A DNA stretch of 64,000 bases from Bythopirellula sp. (GTDB lineage: Bacteria > Planctomycetota > Planctomycetia > Pirellulales > Lacipirellulaceae): NCBI GenBank assembly GCA_965216565.1, contig OZ244170.1, forward strand, positions 2,912,001 to 2,976,000. The letters run 5' to 3'. The translations under genes were made by a program, and so were the position numbers. The notes beneath the pieces are model-generated. The model was not told where the DNA came from, did not search any database, and was given only the letters and a program-made list of their open reading frames with translations. Shown one piece after another: positions 30,547 through 40,125 of the stretch; positions within the stretch are counted from its first letter, which is position 1; each line of letters starts with the position of its first letter.

Positions 30547-31689
30547 ATGTTTACCCGGCTCTTACGAATTGCCACTGTTGCCTTACTGGCGACCGTGATC
30601 TGTGCCGCGATGGCTTCGGCTCAATATTGCACGTGCGATGAATGCCATAGCTGCAACTTGAACGTCTGTGGTGGAAATTGCTGCAACGAACTACCTGAGT
30701 TGTGGGTCTTCAACACCCGTTGTGCGCCGAAGTGCTCCAATCTGGATCGAGGGTTGTATTGCATCAATGTTCAACGCTACGACCGTTGCAAATGCCGCTG
30801 GGTGAAAGAGAGCATCGAGACGTTCCTTGCTCAAGAGGCTTCGATGCCGACCATGATTTGGGCTCACGGCAATACGCTAAAGCACAAAGGGGCAATGAAG
30901 CAATGCTGGGAAGTTTATAAGAAAATGCGTTGTTGTCCCGGTAAAAAACGACTGGTTTACTGGTCATGGCCCGCCCAACGCGTCCACAAAATGAAGGGGC
31001 TGAAGTTCAAGGAAATGGTGATGAAGAATCTTCGCACCAAATATGTGTATTCAGAATATCAAGGCTACTACGTCGCCAAGCTGGTCAATCAAATGAGCTT
31101 GTCACAACGCGTGACCATTGCCGGCCACAGCTACGGCGGGATTATCTCCGCTGCCGCGTTGCATTATCTGGGTGGTGGTTGTCTGCGAGGCCTCACTCTC
31201 GAAGGAGGCGCACCGGTTGAGCGTCCCAACCTCCGCGGTGGAATGATCTCGGGCGCATTCGACAACGATGCGATGCTACCGGGTTACCGTTACGGACAAG
31301 CATTTGTCTCTGCAGAAGCGATCTTTATTACTCGCAATATCAAAGATAAGACGCTCAAGAACTGGCATGACGTCTCTTGGCGATGTCGCCCAGCACTGGG
31401 CAAAACCGGCATCAACGCCAACCGACTTGGACAGTATCGCCATAAACTTTGCCAGAAAACGATGACCATCGATGTGGGCAAATCGCATTATCTCAATCCA
31501 CATCTGAAGAGCGTCACTTTTGTCCGGCTTTTATGTTGCCTCGCGTATCCCGAGTGCCAGGGCTGCCAAACCGCCGGGCAGCCGCTGCCTACCGAGGGAG
31601 AGCTAACGCAAAATCCCACGGCCGACGAAGCAGTGAAACAAGAACTGCTCTCTGCGGAACTCGAGCAGGCTTTTCTTGATGCCGCCTGA
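30547..31689 (+). CDS. Secreted Cys-rich alpha/beta-hydrolase-fold protein
   Basis: Signal peptide, WAHGN oxyanion-type segment, WSWP, GHSYG nucleophile elbow, many Cys. Confidence 0.7.
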   Translation: MFTRLLRIATVALLATVICAAMASAQYCTCDECHSCNLNVCGGNCCNELPELWVFNTRCAPKCSNLDRGLYCINVQRYDRCKCRWVKESIETFLAQEASMPTMIWAHGNTLKHKGAMKQCWEVYKKMRCCPGKKRLVYWSWPAQRVHKMKGLKFKEMVMKNLRTKYVYSEYQGYYVAKLVNQMSLSQRVTIAGHSYGGIISAAALHYLGGGCLRGLTLEGGAPVERPNLRGGMISGAFDNDAMLPGYRYGQAFVSAEAIFITRNIKDKTLKNWHDVSWRCRPALGKTGINANRLGQYRHKLCQKTMTIDVGKSHYLNPHLKSVTFVRLLCCLAYPECQGCQTAGQPLPTEGELTQNPTADEAVKQELLSAELEQAFLDAA

Positions 31690-31737
31690 AAGGGTGAATA
31701 TTTGGTGTCCAAAGAGAAAACGGCAAAGTTAGTTAGT

Positions 31738-31926
31738 TTGGCCGAAGGCCTTCTTCATCGTAGCCTAGGGCATCGCCCTAGGAACGTTAGCTAGATGCGA
31801 CAATCTTTTGGCTGAAGGCCATACTCACCTTACCAAGAAGATGAATTAGGCTTTCAGCCAATGAATCTTCTCACCTCATCTCCTAGGGCGATGCCCTAGG
31901 CTACGGTGAACTTGGCCACCGGCCAA
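31738..31926. mobile_element. MITE/REPIN-like nested inverted-repeat element
   Basis: 31754-31783 vs 31881-31910 match 29/30 as inverted repeats; inner TTGGCTGAAGGCC/GGCTTTCAGCCAA pair; outer TTGGCC ends; no ORF. Confidence 0.65.
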
Positions 31927-31965
31927 GATACTATAAGCAGTTTCAATAATCAAAAAAATCTCATG

Positions 31966-32044
31966 TGAGCCGATGGCGCTAGCCGCGGGTAGCGTTAGGC
32001 TACGTATTGTTCTGATACTACCCGACGCTAGCGCGTTCGGCTCA
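31966..32044. repeat. REP-like inverted pair (TGAGCCG..GCTAGC..CGGGTAG / CTACCCG..GCTAGC..CGGCTCA)
   Basis: Imperfect palindrome between convergent genes. Confidence 0.7.
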
Positions 32045-32092
32045 TCGATTTTAAAACTGTCTCTAAAGAACAGATCAGTATTCCTCTACGGC

Positions 32093-33103
32093 TCACTTTT
32101 CCCTGGAAGCAATCAACGGTTGTTTCGCCCGGGGCGAGATGAAGTAGCCCTTCGATAAGAAGCGAACCACATACTGCTGAACTTGCTCGTTCTTGGGCAA
32201 GGTTTGGTGGATGCCTTTGACAAGTGCGAAATCACTGGCACCGGCCAGCTTGGTGGTGGCTACCGAGAGCAGCATATCATCGTCGCCGGGAATGGCATCG
32301 AGATAGCCTTCGTCGTCGCCCTGACCACCCGCGATAATGCCAAACTCAAAGTTGGGCACGGCCAAACGCTGTTCCAATGAATCCCAGCCTACCCCAGGTG
32401 CCAATTGCTTGAGCGGTTCGCCCGCGACTGCCTGGATCAGTTTGCTGTCGGCAAACGAATCTGCGGCACTGGCACCATGATTTGGCGGCGCAATCATCAC
32501 CATTCTGCCAAATCCCAGCCGCGGACGTTCCTCTTCGGGAAGCGACTGGATATCTAGCAAGCAATGGCGGATCACGATATTGCCCATGCTGTGCGCGACA
32601 AAGTTTACTTTCTCTACGCCGTCTAGGTGCTGGAGCACACTCAGTAACGATTTGGCGTGATCGCCTATTTCGCCCAGAGTCGAAGGGTAACCGACGTTTA
32701 CGACCGATAGCTTGCTTTCTTCCTCAATGTATTCCGACAGCTTGTTCATCCATTGCCGACTGGCTCCCAAGCCATGAACGACAATCACCACCTCCTTATC
32801 GAGCGGCGGCAGTTTCTCTTCGACCTTCACCTCTTCAAGCTCTTCCAAACAATGTTCGAGCGTACCGAAGGTGTGGCGTCGATCTTGCGGATCCAAGAGA
32901 CGATAATGGCCAATCGTAGCGCTGCGCTGCACTCGCCAGTCTTGATAAACGACTTCGTCAGACCAAGTGAATCGGCCACCAAGCGTTCTCGCGCCTAGTC
33001 CGAACAATCCGCGCTCGGCATGCGCGGGCGAGAACAAGAGCGCTGCTAAGAACAGGCTCTCTAGCAAAACAATGATGAACCAAGGGGTGGGTGCGCGTCG
33101 CAT
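32093..33103 (-). CDS. Secreted lipase/esterase-like alpha/beta hydrolase
   Basis: VVHGLG, AHSMG, PPNHG, DDMLL, GIH; signal peptide. Confidence 0.82.
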   Translation of the reverse strand: MRRAPTPWFIIVLLESLFLAALLFSPAHAERGLFGLGARTLGGRFTWSDEVVYQDWRVQRSATIGHYRLLDPQDRRHTFGTLEHCLEELEEVKVEEKLPPLDKEVVIVVHGLGASRQWMNKLSEYIEEESKLSVVNVGYPSTLGEIGDHAKSLLSVLQHLDGVEKVNFVAHSMGNIVIRHCLLDIQSLPEEERPRLGFGRMVMIAPPNHGASAADSFADSKLIQAVAGEPLKQLAPGVGWDSLEQRLAVPNFEFGIIAGGQGDDEGYLDAIPGDDDMLLSVATTKLAGASDFALVKGIHQTLPKNEQVQQYVVRFLSKGYFISPRAKQPLIASREK

Positions 33104-33205
33104 CTTGAAGTCCTCCGTGTCTGTTCCGCGTCTCTGTTCCAGCGGTGGGATGGGGTCGGTGGTGCCTTTTCTGAATCGAGGAAGAAAACTTCCGTCTTCT
33201 TCATT

Positions 33206-33269
33206 CCCCTCACCTCGCCTTGGCGAGTCGCCTAAGGAGACCTACCTTCTCCCCACAAGGGCGAGGGAC
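33206..33269. repeat. REP-like CCCCTCACC..CTCCCC..GGGCGAGGG element with internal insert
   Basis: Same family as 18091, 33982 and 41914; insert GTCGCCTAAGGAGACC also at about 30132-30147. Confidence 0.65.
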
Positions 33270-33510
33270 CAAAGAGAAGTTTCTCTTCCTCGATTCGCTT
33301 AGATTGTAACGCCCCCGCGACTGGTGCCCAATGTGCATACGGAAGAACGCCTCGGCAAGTTCGAAAAACAACGGAATTTACAACTTTTGCCCGGACATTC
33401 GGGGATCCTGGCACTAGCAAGAACTTGGCAATGCCGCTGGGATACAGACCGCTGATTGTCGCGGATTGCGCCACTGAGCCCAGTTGAAGAAGCTCCCTAC
33501 CGCCCACTCA

Positions 33511-33885
33511 TCATGCTTTGAATCGATAACCGATGTACGGCACGGTTTGCACGTAGTCATGAAACACGCCGAGTTGATCGCGCAACTGAGTGATGTGCCC
33601 ATCTATGTCGTCGGTTGCGACGGCTTGAAAGTCTGATGTCACTGCCGCGGCAATTGTTTGACGGGTGAAGGGATGGTACGGCCGGCTGGCTAAGAATAGG
33701 AGAATGCGAAACTCAACATTCCCTAGCTGCACCGGATCCTGCCCCGCAGCTAAGCGGAACGATTGGGGACCTTCCAGTTTCTTTGTCTCGGTTGGCCAGG
33801 TTTGGTGCGCAGCCGAGTGCAGAAACTCGTCCAAGCTTTCGACCACCAGGTCACGCGAGTGGGAAGAATGATCCGACATGAACAC
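33511..33885 (-). CDS. Stand-alone OmpR/PhoB-type winged-helix DNA-binding protein
   Basis: EFRILLFLA, IDGHITQLRDQL, VQTVPYIGYRF; no receiver domain. Confidence 0.8.
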   Translation of the reverse strand: MFMSDHSSHSRDLVVESLDEFLHSAAHQTWPTETKKLEGPQSFRLAAGQDPVQLGNVEFRILLFLASRPYHPFTRQTIAAAVTSDFQAVATDDIDGHITQLRDQLGVFHDYVQTVPYIGYRFKA

Positions 33886-33981
33886 TATTGTAACCGGCGA
33901 TCCGTAGGATCGCGGCTATCTCTGTTCTCTACTGCGCACCAAGACTTAACGGACCGAGGAAATATCATCCGAATTCTGTGT

Positions 33982-34019
33982 GCCCCCTCTCCTAGCCTCT
34001 CCCCGCGGGGGCGAGGGAC
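33982..34019. repeat. REP-like CCCCCTCTCCTAGCCTCTCCCC..GGGCGAGGG element
   Basis: Reverse complement closely matches 41914-41943. Confidence 0.75.
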
Positions 34020-34048
34020 TGAAGAAGAAGCTATTTTTCCTCGGATCC

Positions 34049-36268
34049 TCAGCGTGCTACCGCGATGTGGTTCTGGCCGAGCAATTCGAGATAATCGAGC
34101 GCGATTGCCATCAACTCCTTGTTGTAAGGCGTCGATGGAAATACCGGACGATCGTCGTCCTGCATCTTCTCGAACAGTTCTTCCTGGTCTTTCTCGTTGT
34201 TCACTTCTTTCCGCCGCGCCAGGAACTTTTCCTTGTTGAGCGTGACGGTGGGTTTTTCTTTTTGCTCGAGATACCGTTCGATTTTCTTGTGGATGCGAGC
34301 AAAGTAGTCCGAGTTCTCGACCCGTTTCTGCGAACGCTGGCGGAGTTCTTCGATGACTTGGGCCGTTGCATGACGATAGTTCAAATGCTTCTGCGGCATT
34401 ACGCGATCGAACTTCATCGCGTAATCGAGATCACTCTCGCCTACTTCCCAATGCGTTGTGATATTGGGAATTTCGACATCGCTGACAACGCCACGATTCT
34501 GAGTACTATCGCCGCTGGGACGGTAGAATTGTTGGATCGTGAGCTTTAGCGCTCCATAATTTGGCGGTTGGTGGATGGGCAGCAAGATTTGGCCAAGCTC
34601 AAAGAGTTGCTGCACCGTGCCTTTGCCGTGCGTTGCATGGTCGCCCACGATGATGCCTCGGCCGTAATCTTGAATGGCCCCGGCAAAAATCTCGCTGGCA
34701 CTCGCGCTGAACTTGTTGATTACCACAACCAAAGGACCTGACCATACCATGCCGCGGTCGTCGTCGTTGTAAGGCTGAATCCGTCCATCAGGACCCTTCA
34801 CTTGAACGACAGGACCGTGATCGATGAACAGACCGGTGGTCTCGACCGACTCGGGTAGTGAACCGCCACCATTAAGCCGGAGATCCATCACCACGAGATC
34901 GACCTCGCGGTCGTTGAATTCTTCCAACAGTCGGCGGACGTCTCGCGAAGTGCTTTTGTAGTTCGGATTTCCTGAACGACGACCCTCCATATCCATGTAG
35001 AAACTCGGCAGATCGATCACACCAATCTTGTAGAGTTTTCCATCGGGTCCGATTCGCTTTTTGATGACCTTACCAGTAGCTTCTTGCGGAGTTGTATCGG
35101 CAGAAAGCTCGGTCTCCGGAACGTCTAGCTTGCTGAGCTTGGCTTCCTCGGCTGGAGTTTCCAGCCGTTCAGCGGGATCGGTTCCGTCGGGAAGTCTTTC
35201 CAGGATCACGCTGCGTGCTTCGCTGTCTTTTAGCTCGATGCGAGCGCGGACGATGTCGTATTCCTGACGCCCCGACTTGTCCTCTGGCATGACTTGCAAT
35301 CGCACGACACTTCCGGGGGTACCTCGGATAAGCTGCACAACGTCGTTGATCTTCATGTCGAAGATGTCGACCATCTCACCGTCCGCCCCTTGTGCGACAC
35401 CAGTGATGACATCATTGACTTTCAAGCGACCATCCTTATCGGCAGCTCCTCCTCGTACTAATCGGCGAACAATCGTTTCTCCGTATTTCGACTCCAGCGT
35501 AGCGCCGATGCCGTTGAGCTCTAGCCGCATTTGGATCTCGAAGTTCTCCAACGTGCTGGGAGCCATGTACGTGCTATGAGGATCGAAGCTCATTGTAAGT
35601 GCACTAAGAAACATCTCCAACAGTTCGTCGTTGTCCATCTGTTCCCAGTTACGACGAATGCCCCGATAACGTTTGTGCAATGTTTCGACTGCTTCGTCGT
35701 GTTCAATCTCATCAGCAATCTGAAGCAGCAGGTCGTACTTCACCCGCTTCCGCCAACGCTCGGCAGCTTCGGCGGGGGATGTTGCATACTTCATCTCATC
35801 GGGATCCCGAACCATCGATTCGTCTATCGAGAAGTCGTGCTCTTGTTCGACCAACTCCTGGGCAAGCTTAATTCTCTCTTGGACTCGCATCAGAAAACGA
35901 TCGAACACTTCCTTGGCGAATCGAACGTTTCCGCTTTTTACGAAGTCGTCGATTGCCGTCTCATTTTTTGAAAACTCATCGACATCGCTCTGCAAGAAGA
36001 ACAGCTTCAAGGGGTCGAGCGACTTGAAGAACATTTCGAAGGTGCGTTTAGAGATCTCGTCATCAATCCGCATCTCGGAAAGGTGATTGAGATCGAGTCG
36101 CGAGGAGACAAGGATCGCAATTCGGCGATCGTCGCGCGAAGGTTCGTTGGGTCGCGCCGAGACGATGCTGGCAGAAATAATGCCGACGAAACTGCTAGCC
36201 AACAATAATCCCACGGCAAAAATTTGTAGACGCGGGAGGAAAGTTGGACCCTGACAGTTGGCTCTCAT
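34049..36268 (-). CDS. prc: Carboxy-terminal processing protease (Prc/Tsp, S41)
   Basis: DPHSTY, PDZ GIGA, DLRLNGGG, SASASEIFAGAIQDYGRG, GKGTVQ. Confidence 0.92.
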   Translation of the reverse strand: MRANCQGPTFLPRLQIFAVGLLLASSFVGIISASIVSARPNEPSRDDRRIAILVSSRLDLNHLSEMRIDDEISKRTFEMFFKSLDPLKLFFLQSDVDEFSKNETAIDDFVKSGNVRFAKEVFDRFLMRVQERIKLAQELVEQEHDFSIDESMVRDPDEMKYATSPAEAAERWRKRVKYDLLLQIADEIEHDEAVETLHKRYRGIRRNWEQMDNDELLEMFLSALTMSFDPHSTYMAPSTLENFEIQMRLELNGIGATLESKYGETIVRRLVRGGAADKDGRLKVNDVITGVAQGADGEMVDIFDMKINDVVQLIRGTPGSVVRLQVMPEDKSGRQEYDIVRARIELKDSEARSVILERLPDGTDPAERLETPAEEAKLSKLDVPETELSADTTPQEATGKVIKKRIGPDGKLYKIGVIDLPSFYMDMEGRRSGNPNYKSTSRDVRRLLEEFNDREVDLVVMDLRLNGGGSLPESVETTGLFIDHGPVVQVKGPDGRIQPYNDDDRGMVWSGPLVVVINKFSASASEIFAGAIQDYGRGIIVGDHATHGKGTVQQLFELGQILLPIHQPPNYGALKLTIQQFYRPSGDSTQNRGVVSDVEIPNITTHWEVGESDLDYAMKFDRVMPQKHLNYRHATAQVIEELRQRSQKRVENSDYFARIHKKIERYLEQKEKPTVTLNKEKFLARRKEVNNEKDQEELFEKMQDDDRPVFPSTPYNKELMAIALDYLELLGQNHIAVAR

Positions 36269-36588
36269 GCTAATTCCCTTCTATGGATGTTTGAGCAGGC
36301 AAACGTGTAGATCAAATGTTCCGGAAGTTGCCTGCCAGCACAGTCAGCGAAGACTCGCCCTTTGCGAGTTGGATTCGAATAACTGGCAATCGACAAACGG
36401 CACGCCTACAGACGTGCCGTCTGAGAATCTGTGACAATTAGGTGGCTGTCAATGTTAGCGAGGGGTCCCATGCGGGACAAGATCGACGTGAGGCGCAATT
36501 CGCCGTAAGTTTCTGCTGTCACCCAACTTGAAGCAGCATTCAGAGCCCCCACGGAACTCAGACGAACAGAATACTCGGACTGGGGGCC

Positions 36589-37680
36589 TCAGCGATTGCG
36601 GCGGGCACGACGCTTATCGCGGCGAGTGAGAGGCTTCTCGTAACGTGCCTGCTGGCCATAGGCCACAAGAACCTGACTGTTCCAGCGGGTACGTTGTCCC
36701 TCGGAATTGAAATCCGTGGACCAAACGGCAATTTCGCCCCCAGGCACGGTTGGGCTGAGCATAGCAATGCGAACCGTGCTGCCCTTGGTCTCGCGACGAA
36801 CCGTTTGCTGGCATGTGCATAGCACCGTCTTGCCCTGGACCGAATAGGGGATTTCCAGGGCCACGATCGATTCTGTCTGGAGGATCGGCCCAAGCCCCCC
36901 CTCCCCTTGTCCGCTGGCATCGACGCTAGCTGCCGCTGTCTCCCGACGAAGGACGTAAGGAAACTTATTCGGAGCGAAATAGATATGGTCCACTAGGGTG
37001 CTCGAATCTTGCGTGTAAACGATGTCCCACACTTGGCATTCAATTTCGTCGGCAGGCAACATCAGAAGCTCATTCGGCTGGCGGTGCGACTCCAACAATT
37101 GACCTGCCTTATCTGTTGCAGTGTTCAACACGCGAGTAACCCCCTGGCCGATTACCTGCTTGCCAACAACGTTAATTGTGGCCTGCACCTCGAGTGCATA
37201 GCGATCACCTGTAACCGACTTCAGTTTTTCGACCTGGGTGCTCACACTGCGGCTAATGGAGCTACCCTCAAGTCCGGAGGTTTCCGTCGTCACTTGAATT
37301 TCGCGCCAACTCTCGACCGGGAATCTTGTCCAAGCGTGTTGATTGGGTTCGATCAAAAACACTTGATCCGCGATATCAACTTCTACCGTGCTCTCCAACC
37401 TTTCGCGTTCACCACTTTCACCAGCGGGAGTCACTGCGGAGATCGGCTGCAACGGGGTCGAGGTTGACTGGTCTTCGGCATGCACCGGCACGGCAGTCAG
37501 CAGGGAACTACCTAGGAGACATCCGACGCACACCACAATCGATGTCGCTGCGGCAAAAAATGTTCGATGCACCAGATGCACCGAAAACGGATGTCGACAA
37601 TAGTTAGGCACAGTGTTTTCGAAAAGTGAAGAGTAAAGAGATTGGAATCGCAGTGATTGACAGGTCTTACCCTCAGGCAA
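36589..37680 (-). CDS. Hypothetical exported protein
   Basis: Long ORF with a hydrophobic signal-like segment; true start probably downstream of 37680. Confidence 0.55.
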   Translation of the reverse strand: MPEGKTCQSLRFQSLYSSLFENTVPNYCRHPFSVHLVHRTFFAAATSIVVCVGCLLGSSLLTAVPVHAEDQSTSTPLQPISAVTPAGESGERERLESTVEVDIADQVFLIEPNQHAWTRFPVESWREIQVTTETSGLEGSSISRSVSTQVEKLKSVTGDRYALEVQATINVVGKQVIGQGVTRVLNTATDKAGQLLESHRQPNELLMLPADEIECQVWDIVYTQDSSTLVDHIYFAPNKFPYVLRRETAAASVDASGQGEGGLGPILQTESIVALEIPYSVQGKTVLCTCQQTVRRETKGSTVRIAMLSPTVPGGEIAVWSTDFNSEGQRTRWNSQVLVAYGQQARYEKPLTRRDKRRARRNR

Positions 37681-37827
37681 AACTCATGCCGACAGCTCCC
37701 CTTGCTGCGTTCGCATGCCCCCCCAACTGAACATGCATGATAATTGAAGATAGCCGACAGTCCAAGCCGCAGCCTCAGAACCGCTGCTGCCTGGGTTCCG
37801 TATTCCCCGTAATCGCTAAGGGCACTG

Positions 37828-38925
37828 TTAAAGTGCTTCGATTCGAGCCACCAATTGCTGGTCCCAGCGAGGAAAGACTGAGCGTAAATCGAGCAGCAAG
37901 CGATCACTTTCTACGCGAATTAGCAATTTCGGAGCGGCCTCGGCCAACTGTTTCATTCGCGCATCACCTGTACCCGAATTGAATTCAATTTCGATTGCCC
38001 AACTCGGGGCTACCAGCGAATCGTCTTCGGTCTGCCACCATGTTGAGTCACACTCAACTGGTTTTGCAGACTGCACCGAATCTACATCGTTTAACAATGC
38101 AGCCAGCCGGTCAGCACGCTGTTGGAGATTTGCGGTCGGCGTAGAAAGCAACTGCAAGACGGGAATCTGATGCTCGACGTGCTGCTCGGTTGCGTAGATT
38201 TGCAGAGTTGCAGCGAGCGCCTCCAAACGCTCCGAGCCGATGGCAGCTACTTCCGAACTCCCAGAATTAGAGAGAGATTCAATCGCGCCACGTTTGCCAA
38301 CAACAATGCCACACGCCGGGCCCCCTAACATGCCCGAACCACAGTTGACCACCGCGTCCGCCTGTTCCAGCAGTTCGCTCAATGTGGCAATCGATTGCAG
38401 ATTCCACTGTTGTGGATTAACGAGCCCTGCATCGCGAGCGACAACCACTTCATAATCCGTGAGTCGCTGGCAAGCTGACTTCGCCTCGGCAAAGCTGTGC
38501 GTCACCCAAGCCGCCTCGGCACCAGCCGTTTTACAAATCAGCTGCGTCACATGTTCGGCCAGCGCCTGGTCGGCACCGTGGTACTCGCCAAGCACTTGGA
38601 TCATGCGGTGCAGGGCTGTCTCCGCCAAAGGTGGTGCCAACTGCGGATTGCCCCCAACGATGCCGGTGGCATTTATCACTTGGCTGCTGGTCGGCTTGGC
38701 TCCCAACAACCGTCGCACCAGTCGCTCAGCAAGTTGCTCAGCTGAGGGAATCACGCCAGTTCCAGCGCGATCTAGCAAATTCTCGCGTAGCTCCTCGATG
38801 AATCCCGTTGCCCGTTGTGCAATCGTAGTTTGGTTGAGCCGTTCGACTGCGCCCTGAACCGTGGGATGGGCCAACAGATCTTCCAGCGAAGGAAGACTCG
38901 GCAATCGTGGATCGATTTTTTTCAT
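37828..38925 (-). CDS. Divergent SelA-like protein lacking the PLP lysine
   Basis: LPSLEDLL N-terminus, VINATG, CGSGMLGGPACGIVVGKR, C-terminal LLLDLRSV. Confidence 0.7.
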   Translation of the reverse strand: MKKIDPRLPSLPSLEDLLAHPTVQGAVERLNQTTIAQRATGFIEELRENLLDRAGTGVIPSAEQLAERLVRRLLGAKPTSSQVINATGIVGGNPQLAPPLAETALHRMIQVLGEYHGADQALAEHVTQLICKTAGAEAAWVTHSFAEAKSACQRLTDYEVVVARDAGLVNPQQWNLQSIATLSELLEQADAVVNCGSGMLGGPACGIVVGKRGAIESLSNSGSSEVAAIGSERLEALAATLQIYATEQHVEHQIPVLQLLSTPTANLQQRADRLAALLNDVDSVQSAKPVECDSTWWQTEDDSLVAPSWAIEIEFNSGTGDARMKQLAEAAPKLLIRVESDRLLLDLRSVFPRWDQQLVARIEAL

Positions 38926-39145
38926 GGAATACTCAGCGCGAAACCGATAGTTGGGGGCAAACTCAACCCAAATGCAATTATTACGCTACAACCTAAGTAG
39001 CGTCCATGCCCCAAGAACAGGGCGAGAAACTGTATTCAATCAGAACTGAGCCAAAGGCGCTAGTTGCCAATTCGCCATGGCGGGCGGCGGGACCGATGTT
39101 CTAGGTGCAGCTGCAATGCAAGATAATAGCCCGACGCGGAACCCG

Positions 39146-39355
39146 CTATTCTGTCTCGATACCAACTTGCTCGGGCGTGGGGAACGGATCGTTGGCGACG
39201 CGGTCGACGATCTGTTTTTCCTTTTTCGACAAACCCGACCCCGGCAGATGCTCGGAAAGCTGCCACGACTGGCAGCCGCACAAAGCCAGGCACACTACCA
39301 CCAAACCGGTGCGTCGGCCCAGACTGTAGCAGTACGTTTTTAAGATGGGGCTCAA
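39146..39355 (-). CDS. Small putative lipoprotein
   Basis: RR-hydrophobic-LCGC lipobox, C-terminal NDPFPTP; TTG start at 39355 inferred. Confidence 0.55.
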   Translation of the reverse strand: MSPILKTYCYSLGRRTGLVVVCLALCGCQSWQLSEHLPGSGLSKKEKQIVDRVANDPFPTPEQVGIETE

Positions 39356-39381
39356 AACTTTTCTCAGTTTGATCTTTGCGA

Positions 39382-39876
39382 CTAGTGATTCACGCGAGGT
39401 TGAGACATCCACTCGGCAACCGTCTGCGGTCCATCTGGTTCCGGGGGTTTCCCACGCAGTCGATCCCAGACCGAAACTCGATCGCTCTCCGCTCGCCTCG
39501 TTACTTGCTGGTTCTTTTCATCGCCACCAAAAGTGAAAATCTCTTTGGTACCTTGCCAGGCCTTCTTCGTGCCGGAAGATATTTTGCTCATGCCACTGGA
39601 GATTGGCGAGAATGGCGACTTGGCAATGCCATCCTCATTCTTCGGCCAACTCGGCATCGAGATCTTTGGCATGGAGACCTTGGGCATCGTGATTTTCGGC
39701 ATCTTCACGCCCGACCAAAAACCGCCTTCATTCTCGGCAGCGGTCTCTGAACTAACCGCAGTCGATTCAGCGGCCACCGTGTCCGGGCTGAGAACTTGCG
39801 CGTGGAGGCTCATCGCCCCGTGAGTGAACAGTGCTAATCCAACGACAAAACCAAGACGAAATCTAGCGATCGCCAT
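39382..39876 (-). CDS. Hypothetical secreted protein with MPK repeats
   Basis: Signal peptide; KMPKITMPKVSMPKISMP; C-terminal GPQTVAEWMSQPR. Confidence 0.6.
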   Translation of the reverse strand: MAIARFRLGFVVGLALFTHGAMSLHAQVLSPDTVAAESTAVSSETAAENEGGFWSGVKMPKITMPKVSMPKISMPSWPKNEDGIAKSPFSPISSGMSKISSGTKKAWQGTKEIFTFGGDEKNQQVTRRAESDRVSVWDRLRGKPPEPDGPQTVAEWMSQPRVNH

Positions 39877-40125
39877 GATCGACTCTCCCATCTAAGAACT
39901 AAGCGCTTGTGGTTTCCCATCGCGAATTCCGCACGCAATACCTAGTCTGCGCCTGGTGTTCGCGGTGCGGAGTGTTTCAAATGCGCGAATTCTGGTCCAG
40001 ACTGCTTTTGAGGGCTGCTATCGGTAGGGTTCCGATTTGCCTGATTGTCGGGCGCCCGCCATTACTTTAGGATGACAGCTGAACAACGATCCCAAGTTTG
40101 CTAGCAGTTAGACATCTCAAAATAA

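Noticed and set aside
38926..40125. tRNA-Sec or other tRNA near the SelA-like gene
   Set aside because: No cloverleaf with a TTC T-loop was found; only weak hairpins near 39925-39975.
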